The position numbers and the translations under genes were made by a program. Below, piece after piece: positions 1-9,300 of a DNA stretch of 17,516 nt. Source of the stretch: Zygophlyctis sp. KS116 (lineage: Eukaryota > Fungi > Chytridiomycota); NCBI GenBank assembly GCA_054661495.1, contig BAAFSQ010000207.1:1-17516 (forward strand), in the 5' to 3' direction. Numbering within the stretch: position 1 is the first letter of the stretch; each line of letters opens with the position of its first letter. The notes under the pieces are model-generated. The model had not been told where the DNA came from. It saw only the letters and a program-made list of their open reading frames with translations, and made no database searches.

Positions 1-506
1 TTTGCTTTCGCATTTTTAGATTTCTTTTCAGTCTTGACTTTTGCATCTTTAGCTTCTTCCTCAGAACTATCAGAAGAGTCATCCGATGAAGACGAAGATG
101 ATGAAGATTCAGCCTTTACTATAGAAGGTTTGGACTTTTTGTCAGACTTGACTTTTCCATCCTTAGCTTCCTCAGAGTCAGAAGAGTCAGAAGATTCATC
201 AGAAGATTCAGAGACAGCCTTGGCCTTTTTATCTGCATGATTTGCTCCTTTGACATTCTCATCTTCCAAACTCTCATCAGAGTCAGAAGATTCATCGGAC
301 GATTCACTCTTCTTTCTCTTTTGACTATCATTGACTTTAGATGCATTCACAGCCTTCCAATTATCATTATAAAATCCAATTATTTTCTGTAGATCATGCT
401 TGCATTCCACTTGATTCCATTTAATATCCTTTTTTAGAGCATCGATAGTCTTTTTTGCATTGACAGACTTTAAATACTCAAAGACGAGTGAGACTGTTTG
501 ATCCAT
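1..506 (-). CDS. SRP40: Nucleolar phosphoprotein Nopp140/Srp40-like, 5' part (runs off the window)
   Basis: ATG at 506, frame open to the window edge and absent from the ORF track. MDQTVSLVFEYLKSVNAKKTIDALKKD is a LisH-like N-terminus, followed by alternating S/D/E tracts (SESSDESSDSDES, SSSSSSSSDDSSDSSEEE) and K/A-rich tracts, the Nopp140 architecture. The diagnostic C-terminal domain lies outside the window. Confidence 0.7.
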   Translation of the reverse strand, partial: MDQTVSLVFEYLKSVNAKKTIDALKKDIKWNQVECKHDLQKIIGFYNDNWKAVNASKVNDSQKRKKSESSDESSDSDESLEDENVKGANHADKKAKAVSESSDESSDSSDSEEAKDGKVKSDKKSKPSIVKAESSSSSSSSDDSSDSSEEEAKDAKVKTEKKSKNAKA

Positions 507-696
507 TTTTTTTTCGTTTTCGTTTCAGATTTTCTCCAGTTTATAAAACGTCTGAAACATGTCTCATCAAACGATGCATGCAACTCCTATAGAAATGCTC
601 TTGAATACTTTAAGAATTTACTCTTTTGCATGGCCATTATCTCGCATAGATACTTTATAAACACGGAAAATCAGTAAAACTAATGCGCTGATTATT

Positions 697-1049
697 TTAT
701 TTCCTAGAGAAACCTTTAAACCACTCAAACATCTTCAACAGCTCCCCATTATAAATCGGAGATTCAACTTCTAATGCAGAATTTGCCAAAAACTCTACTG
801 GAGCAAATACATCTGCCCTTTGAACATTTACATTACCCGTTAATCTGGAATCTCTTTCCATCATTTTCCTGTCCCAGGTATCAACATTATATCGCCTGGG
901 CTAAAGAATAAATGTAATTATTGTACCTTTCCGTCGTTTTTCCAACTTGACCATAATCCAAATGCTCCTTGAATGCCGAATCCTAATCCAACAATAATTC
1001 CAATACTAAATAGCGGTCCAGCAGGGAAAATCCATCGAGACTTTGACAT
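697..1049 (-). CDS. NDUFA1: NADH:ubiquinone oxidoreductase subunit MWFE/NDUFA1, 108 aa, 2 exons
   Basis: Exons 1049-927 and 900-697 with a 26-nt GT-AG intron at 901-926. Translation MSKSRWIFPAGPLFSIGIIVGLGFGIQGAFGLWSSWKNDGK|PRRYNVDTWDRKMMERDSRLTG...APVEF gives one TM helix plus the fungal MWFE motif D-x-WDRxMMERDxRLTG. Missing from the ORF track. Confidence 0.88.
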
Positions 1050-1141
1050 TCTTCAATCAACCTACTCCTAGAAATGCGACGGTCAAACGTTCGGACAAAA
1101 TTCCCGTCTGATCTTGTAATGATGATGTCATCTTCAAAATT

Positions 1142-3415
1142 ATGATTGATACTTTTGATGATTTACCTCCTTTAGTGACCAAACAGGTTCATTCTAAATA
1201 TTCAATAAGAGATATACTGCCGCCAATAGCTAAACCGCTAAATCCGTTAAAGGCAACCTGTTCTACAAGCTATTTACTGCATCTAACTAGAACTTGGGAT
1301 CAAGGGAATAGAAGTATTAGAGAAAGGATTCTAGCGGAATTCATAAAGGAAAATAGATACAAGACTGGGCCTCAATTAGAAAAAGAGTTGAATAATGGAG
1401 CATCATTATTCTTGACTAGGATAACTGCATGGCTAAGATTAACGTATGTATTTTAATTTTATTTAGGGATTGATAATCACAATCATAAATGTTTTATTAA
1501 TATTTAGGTATCTATTGGGTCATTGTATTGCGTTGCAATTAGAAGCGATTTCAATTTTTATCTCATCATCAAGTGGTAATAGATTTTTAGGGGAATTTTT
1601 GGAAGTTGGGGGTATCTTGACAATACTGGAAATTTTAGGAATTCCACAAGCTAAAGAAGTAGGATTTTTTAGTACTTAAATAATTAGAAAGATAAAGCAG
1701 AGGCTTTAAGGCTTTTATTATTTATTTCTAGTAATGGGAGGAGATACAAGGAATTTATTTGTGAAAGTTTTGGAGTGCGATCTATTGCAGAATGCTTGAC
1801 AAAATCAAAATCAGATGTGACTCAAGATTATGCTAGGAATTTATTGTCCCAATTAGGAACGGTAAAATATTAGTAATTGATTTATTATAGGGAAATCCAA
1901 AGTATATTGTGCAAATATATAAATCGCTTATTACAATTTTAAGCTCACCTGCTTTACCAGCAATATCTTTACAAATGGCTGCCCAGGCTCTAAGGATGAT
2001 TCTAGTAAATTCATCATTTTATAATTTAATAGCCAAATATCAATTCATTCCCAACTTCAATCATAGAATCAAGTATCAATTTACTCCAAAATACAAATGT
2101 TCAAGTACAATATGAAGGCTATGAATTGTTAAAAGAGCTCATTCAAAAGCCTTCACTCCAAGACACTATTATTCGAGAATTGATATCTATTTTGAGGATA
2201 GTCATAAAAGATGATGAAGATGAACTTGATTGTATTAAGCTTGAATATTGAAGTTATAGTGCGACAAAGAAGAGTCAAAGGAGGACTCGAATCAGTGGGA
2301 TGGCAAAAAAATACACCAAAAGAAGATCAAAAACAAATGCAAGCTGTTTACGTACAACAGGCCTACGCTGCAAAACTTTTAAGGTATAATATTTTGAAAG
2401 CGCTTAAAATCTAGCTTCGCAGCAGCATCCAGCCGAGAAGTTGCTGAAAAAATAATTCAAAATCAAGTTTTAGGCGCACTACTAAATACAATTGCAAATA
2501 TTGGTCACCCAGAAAGTCAGAGATATGCAACTAACCTTTTGATGGTATACTATATTTGACTTAAATTAGTTTATTTGTCATCACTTTGATTATGTTGTTT
2601 ATGCCCTATGTGAACAGATGGGTCATAAATTTTACGAGCTAATAGAGGTATTTCCAAATAATTTAAAAATGCAGGCTAAACCGGATACATTTTACCGTGA
2701 GCTTACCAAAGATCAAGTAAAATACCTAAGGAAAAATCAAGTGAAAATATCCGACTCTCACCGTAATCAACTCCCCGAAGTTTTTCGGACTAATGTGGAT
2801 GATAATCAAGATGTTGATGAAGTCGGGCCAATGTTCCCTTCATTCAACGAAAATGAAGAAGGGTAATGATGAATTTTATTTCTAATTTTAAGTATTGCAC
2901 AAGAAGACTCTGATGCAAATGATTTTGGAAGTGACATATTGGTGGAGGAAAATCCTGTCATTGTAGAAGAATATGAAAAAACTGCATCAGTAAGCGATTT
3001 GCTTTTTTAAATACATAGGAGATTCAGAAACCTCTAGTGGAAGAAATTTACACGCCATTTGTACAAAACAAGATAATGAGCACATTCTCTGGAACAAAAT
3101 ACAATTCAGTTACAAATGTAGAGCCAAATCAAAAGTTCACATCTGATTTAGAGCATCTTAGGTAATACAAATACATTTCTTACATAAATCAGGGAATCCA
3201 ATAAAAAGTCATCAAAAACCAATAATAGGAAAGATGAATTCAAAATTGATGTAAGCGCAGATATGACGTCGAAAATCGTCAATATACGGGATGATCCAAA
3301 TCTGTTTTCAGTCAAGTCGATCCCTTCACCAGTCGCTTTACCTCCTAAAGAGCTCGCACAAGTAGACCCTGTTAAAAATGAAATTTTGGAGGAAGTAGAA
3401 GAAGAAAATTCATGA
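1142..3415 (+). CDS. ARMH1: Armadillo-like helical domain protein ARMH1 (C1orf228 homologue), ~640 aa, 12 exons
   Basis: Motifs match recalled ARMH1: WDQGNRSIRERIL, LEKELNNGASLFLTRITAWLRLTY, FLEVGGILTILEILG, YKEFICESFGVRSIAECL, GNPKY, QVQYEGYELLK, YVQQAYAAK. Introns 1444-1507, 1659-1687, 1862-1890, 2005-2032, 2232-2259, 2384-2414, 2545-2569, 2648-2674, 2863-2892, 2990-3018, 3162-3192 give a continuous 1923-nt CDS. The last three exons (acidic tail) are less certain. Confidence 0.85.
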
Positions 3416-3538
3416 TAATTGAAAAGCGGACCACAATCTTTCATTAAAAGAGTTAAATTGATAATAATTATTATATTTGCACTCAAATGCTTTCAGGAGA
3501 ATGATGTCATTACTCTTTGAAATCGGGATATATAGCCA

Positions 3539-4650
3539 ATGGCCTCAATATTATCATCGATCATGCCAAATATGTCCCGTCCGAATGTATTTTCTATTCA
3601 GCTTACGAATCCACCTCCTAATCATATATATTATCCAGGGTATAAAGTGGAAGGATTTGTTTATCTGTAAATGAATGAGCCCATTCGGACAAGAGGCCTA
3701 TATCTTCAATTCTTTGCTAAAGAATATACAGAATGGGCGATTCAAGTTAGAAGCAATGATTTCAATCATCATGACATGCATCATATAGGACACCACGGAC
3801 ATCATCATGCAGGACATCACAGGATACATAATGCAGGAGAACATCAAGTCCATTATGTTACCAAAAAAATCACTCAGTCTCTAGAGTATATCAATTTTAG
3901 AATGAATCTATTTAATGATCCTAATGGTGCAGAGAGTAATTTACCAAGAGGGAGTTCGCAGTTCTTCTTTTCATTTACTCTGCCAAATTATCAGCTTCCT
4001 CCCAGAATTTATGATTTGCCGCATGGTAAAGTTATGTATGTACTTCGAGCTTATTTAGATCTTGCATGGAGACCTGACTATGAAGCGTATCTTAATATTC
4101 AGGTGCGTCCTTTACCATATCAACCGACAAACTTTTATTTGTCTCCCTGCAGAATTAGTGGAGATCATGTATTTGGCTGTTGCTTCAAATCAGGAATTCT
4201 TCAATACTCTCATCAGATCAACAAAAATGTTTTTGCTTGTGGTGAAACTATATATATTTCTGGAACTATTCAAAACATTTCGTCAGTTAAATTAACGGGG
4301 ATAACCGCTTATATCCTTATGAACATTAGATATTTAGCTAATGGAAACACAAAAGTAGATTATCAAAGCCTACATCCGGTAAATCATCCAGCTACAGCAG
4401 AAGCATATTCTATGGAAATAAGAACTCTACCTGATATGATCCCTACAACTATTAATACGTGTCAATTGATAAAGATTGATTACAGTCTTGTCATTTCTAT
4501 TCGTAGCAAGGGATGCCATCAAATTATTCGCTTGCACATATTCCTATTGGTCAACAACTGCAACTTAATTATACATCATATCAGGCTCAGTCTGCAGCTG
4601 CAGTCAATAATTTACCAACATATCAAGAGGTTGAAAAAATGGGATTCTAA
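3539..4650 (+). pseudogene. Alpha-arrestin (ARRDC-like), intronless, with an in-frame TAA and a 3' frameshift; probable pseudogene or recoded gene
   Basis: From ATG 3539 the frame reads ...VFSIQLTNPPPNHIYYPGYKVEGFVYL*MNEPIRTRGLYLQFFAKEYTEW, i.e. arrestin-N strands continuing through TAA 3668-3670. Downstream: LPRGSSQFFFSFTLP..LPP..HGKVMYVLRAYLD, FGCCFKSG, FACGETIYISGTIQNIS, PTTINTCQLIKIDYSLVI. A shifted frame from 4513 ends NNLPTYQEVEKMGF* at 4650, containing an LPxY motif. Confidence 0.75.
3767..3853 (+). repeat. His-rich low-complexity insert in the arrestin-N loop
   Basis: HHDMHHIGHHGHHHAGHHRIHNAGEHQVH, 14 His in 29 aa, built from degenerate GGACAY/CATCAT units. Confidence 0.8.
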
Positions 4651-4670
4651 TATCTAATGTATTATAAATA

Positions 4671-6368
4671 TTATAAATATTCCAAAAATTCTTTGTAATT
4701 TAGATCACTTGATAATAACTCCCGTATTCGTTGCCTAGAATAAATTAATAGTTATTACCGATCCTTGATTGACTGATAAATGCGATCCAATACCATATTC
4801 GACTCTTCAACCAAGTCTTTCAAGAGCGTGGTATTATTTTTTGCAGATTCCAATTCTATATCACGCTTCTGTTTCAAATTATTAATTTGATTATCAACGT
4901 CCTTTGCAGTACATCCTCTTACTTTTTTTTCATTCTCGATAGTGTTCAAAACCGTCCTTAGCTCCTGTTCAGTGTCCAGATCTAGATCGTGATGATTCCC
5001 AAACTTACTCGACTCATTCTGTTTATGTATAATTGACTTGACTTGCTCTTCTGTCTATCAAATAAGCTTTAAAAAGTATACTAGAAACATGGGCAAACCA
5101 AATAGCAATTTAGTTTTCATTAATAATGGACTGTCTACGCTATCATTTGAGAGATCTAAAAAGTGTTCTTTTGTTCCTGTCCACTCAATATTCCCTACAT
5201 TTTCCAATTCTTTTTCTAATTTGATTATATTCGCATCATTAACACAATTAGCAATCAGTGACTCATTCTATAATCAATCTAAATTAAAAATACCATCAGC
5301 GTATTTTCCTGCAACAGACTTATTTCGCTTGAAAAAAATTCTAAACTATTTTTTAGCTCTTTTATCCTTGAATTCTATTAATTTAAAAGACCTTCTATAC
5401 CAATTCCATGCCTAAATTTCCCATTAAAGAATCCATATTCTTCTTATTGTTAAAATCTGATTCATCTTCTAGATTTTCCCTCGTGCTAATCAAATATTCC
5501 AAAACTTTCTGTGCAGACTGTATAGAGATATTTTCAACAAAATTACTATTATTGAGAAAATGGTGAATACTCTATGAATAATTGTCCGTGCTGTTGATAC
5601 TCAACCGACGCTTCTTTGATAGTATTCTTCACCTCCTCTGAAATATCCTCAACTTTTGCAGCGAGCAAACGTGCATCATAGTCCAACTGAAGCTTATTTA
5701 GACATATATTCTTTAGCTTTACAGACTAATTCTATACCTGAATTTCCTCTTCTATAATTGATGTAAATGAGTTAAAGTTATCCAATGATTCTCCCTTTTC
5801 TTTGTCTGATAAGTCTATTTTGAGATCAGGAAATTCCTGAATTTCAAAGATTTGAGCTTTACTCTCAAAACTACTTAAAACTGTTAATTTTTGCTCCAAT
5901 GACTCTGAATAATCTCTCTGTTTTTGAATTATCTGATCAAGCGCCTCATCTTCCTTTATCAGCTGTTGCCTTTGAAGCTCTAATTATCAGCATAAAATCC
6001 TAACTTACCCATTTGACTAGCTTCCATCATAAGCATATGTGCATTTTCCTTTTGTTGATTCAATTGCTGATTGGCAGCCTTCAGACGGCGTTCCAACTCT
6101 TCTCTTCGCGCTCTATCTTGAGCATTGTATGAGGATCTTGCATTACTAAATATAATCATGTTTACTTTACGGCGTCTGAAAGCGGTAGAGGCCTTATATT
6201 TTGTATTAAGAATTCCCAAACTGGTATCAGATTACTTTTGCAAACACTGGATTCAGCACAAACGATTTACCTCTGTGCCTCTGCTAGACTTAATCGTCCC
6301 TCACAACTCAATGCAGGATATCCTATTAAATCTGCCCACTCGACCAACTGTTCCGCAAGTTCATTCAT
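4671..6368 (-). CDS. HAUS5: Augmin/HAUS complex subunit 5-like coiled-coil protein, ~491 aa, 10 exons
   Basis: Spliced N-terminus MNELAEQLVEWADLIGYPALS...AQSVCKSNLIPVWEFLIQNIR matches the HAUS5/AUGMIN5 signature (L-x-x-W...GY...C-x-x-N-x-IP-x-W-x-FLI), followed by coiled coil. Introns 6247-6270, 6146-6165, 5980-6008, 5717(or 5711)-5737, 5546-5570, 5375-5400, 5268-5293, 5055-5081, 4735-4758 give a continuous frame to TAA 4673-4671. Confidence 0.72.
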
Positions 6369-6379
6369 TTATATTTTAA

Positions 6380-9300
6380 TTAAACGCTGTTCGGATTAAT
6401 TGAGATTGAATGTGTCGTGTTATCAGTCTTATAAATTCCAACCAAACGATCAGCAAGCTCAAACATGTTGTTTCTTAGACTAATGATTACAAATTGTGCA
6501 TTTTTGGTTCTTTCCTTGATATAATTTGCCACAATTGAGACATTACGGAAATCCAATGCAGCGTCAATTTCGTCCATAACATACAAGGGAGTTGGTTTGA
6601 AATGATGAAGAGCAAAAACTAATGCGAGAGAACTGAGCGTTTTCTCGCCACCTGATAAGTTTGCGATATTTTTCCAACTCTTCTTGGGTGGCATAACAGA
6701 AAATATTATCCCTTCAGAAAAAGGATCTAAGGAATCTACAAGTTCAAGTTCAGCATTGCCCCCCATGGTGATCATTTGATACATTTCTTTTAACTTTAAA
6801 GAAATTGCAGAGAATCCAGACATAAATTCAGTAAGTCTTTGGCTTTGTAAATCATCAAGAGATTGTTTAGCTGCATTTCTACGTGATGTAACATCATCTA
6901 ATTCTTTGGCACGAAGTAAATAAACTTCTAATTTACGCTTATATTCATTCAGTACGTCCATGTTTGGCTTGGATTTTTTAATTTGCTCTAAATATAAGAA
7001 TGTTGGCTTTATACCGTTAAAGGACTGAATTTCCTTGGAGACAGCTTCAATATCCCATTCTTCCAATTCATCTGCTGAATATACTGGTAACCTAGAATCC
7101 GTTTCTCCTTCTTCAAATCTAATATCAGAAATGTAAAAGCTTACCCAGTGATTTGTATTGATAATTGGCTAATTTCATTCTGTGATTGCTGAACCAACTT
7201 CATTTTTTTATTGATTTGTTGAGAGCATTCTGAGATTTTTGCCTTTAATTCAACCTAAATTTTGAATTTTTAAAAGTTTTACAGCATTTCTTCGTATTTC
7301 ATTCACAGTTTCCGTATTGACATCAATCTTTTGTTTGAGAGTCTCCATTAGTGTTTCTTTATCTATTAAAAGGTTCTTTGAGCTGGTTACTAGCGCTCGT
7401 ACGGACGCTGCAGATTCTAACTGTGTTTCCAATGTATTTTTAATATTTTCCATTTCAGTATCCAAGTCTAAAATCTCCTTATTTTTTGAATCCATTGCTG
7501 TCTGCAATTTGCTAATGGTCCTCTCCCTTGAGGCTCTCTCTACTGTCAATTTGGCAATGCGATCCTTTTGAGTAGTAATTTGGTCTTGAATGCCATCCAC
7601 CACGGCTTTCTGGCTTCGAAATTTAACTCCACCGACTTCAAGTATACGTTCTTGAAGATCTTTGATCACAGACTCTATTTTAGCCGCACTTTGAATTAGC
7701 TCTTCAAGTTCAGATTCATTCTTGGCTATAACCTTTTTCATTTCATCGTGTCTAGCGAGCTCGCTGCTAAGAGGTTTGGTGCGATTTCTAGAAATTAGAG
7801 ATGATTATTAAACTTGCCTCTGTAAATTTTCAATATGGCTTGAGTAATCTTGAACTTCCTTTTGAATCGAGTCTAAATTTATAGAAAGTTTAGAAATTTC
7901 AAGTTCGATTTTGGGAATATCAGTGGCACATTTTTCTTGCATTAATTCATTCACTCTTTTCTTAGCATCATTGTAGTTCTGCTCTGCGATCTCTAGATTG
8001 CTAATTAGCTTTTCCATTTGTTTAGATGTGACCGTATTTGTTTCAAATTTGGAGTTCATACCCCCTTTCTGAACCCGATTACCTCCACCACTCATTGTTC
8101 CAGAAGTATCAATTAACTGACCATCAAGAGTAACAACCCGGTAGCGTGTCTTGCCATATGCTATCCTATTGGCTTGAGTCAAATCTGAAGCGACCAGAGT
8201 ATCATTTAGACCTTGATAAAAGGCAATCTTATATCGTTGTTCCTTTGGCTTGATCAAATCAAATAGGCGCGGAACATTTTCTGGGGTGGAAATAGGCCCC
8301 ATATTCTTCTCTTTTAGCTTATCTAGACAAATAAAATTAGCTCTTCCAAGATCATTTTTCTTAAGATATTCGATACATTTTTGTCCGCATTCAACAGTTT
8401 CTACAACAATAGAATCAAGTGATCCACATGCAGTGGTTACTGCTACGTCATACTTGTCTTCTATCACACCAAGATTACCCAAACGACCCTTTAATTAGTA
8501 AACATCACATACACAAATGCCTTTTATATTTCCAATGTCTTTTTGCTTCATCAAACTAGAATATAAAGTTCCACGAGATTTCAAAGAATGGCTTGCTTCT
8601 TTTGCTTCATCCACAGCACTTTGAGCAGAACTATAGATAGCCTTCAACTGCTTTTCCTCTTCTTTAAATGTCTAAAAATTAGAACCACCGATAAGATTTA
8701 CAGTTAGTTTTTCTTCTTGATTCTTTGCTGAAGACATTAACTGCTTCAACTTTTTCGTCAATTCATCAATATCTGCTTTCTGACAATTAAATACATAATC
8801 TTGCCTTTTGAGCCTCTACTGGACGTAGTTCATTTAGCTTGTCGTTAGCTTTATCAATTTCTCTCCCAGCCTGATTGATATTTGCTTCGAGTAAATCAAA
8901 TTCAGTCTTGGCAATATCAATTTCGGATTGTTTCTGATTAATTTTTTCACTCCAGGGAATCAGCTCTGATTGCTTTACTTCAATCTGCACCTGAAATTCT
9001 TCCGTTTTTCCTATTGATAAGATACAGCATAATCACAAACCTTTCAAGCTTTCTCTAATAGTTTCGAGCTTAGCCTCTTCAGTGGCAAGCCGACCAGTAA
9101 GGTCTCCTAGATTTCCTTCGGTTTTCTGTATATCCATCTCGAAATTTTCAAGCCATGATTGATGCTCCGAGAGAGAATTACAATCCTTTATCTCACTAAT
9201 ATAATCAAATACCTGCTGAATTCCCTTTTTTAATTTTTTATGCTTTCCTTGCAAATGCTTCAACTTTTCTCGAGACTGTATTTCCTCCTTCTCAAATTTT

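Noticed and set aside
34-346. ORFs 34-240 (+) and 119-346 (-)
   Set aside because: Antisense and alternative-frame shadows of the low-complexity SRP40-like CDS.
522-570. 8-bp inverted repeat GTTTCAGA/TCTGAAAC and a minus-strand TGATGA...CTGA box C/D pattern
   Set aside because: About 46 nt is too short for a typical C/D snoRNA, and such a stem is expected by chance in AT-rich DNA.
3668-3670. TAA/TAG reassigned to Gln (aphelid- or ciliate-like genetic code)
   Set aside because: TAA terminates NDUFA1, SMC4 and SmD1 at the expected ends, and no other in-frame TAA/TAG remains in the several thousand codons of spliced conserved genes.
3148-3674. ORFs 3148-3486 (-) and 3477-3674 (+)
   Set aside because: The first is antisense to the last ARMH1 exon. 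The second is an off-frame overlap of the arrestin 5' region with no recognisable motif.
4485-4510. 26-nt gt...ag that would repair the arrestin frameshift
   Set aside because: The donor GTCTTG is unlike the other donors, and splicing would delete the conserved YSLVISI strand.
5038-8498. Plus-strand ORFs 5038-5415, 6125-6379, 7317-7571, 8250-8498
   Set aside because: Antisense shadows of HAUS5 and SMC4 exons.
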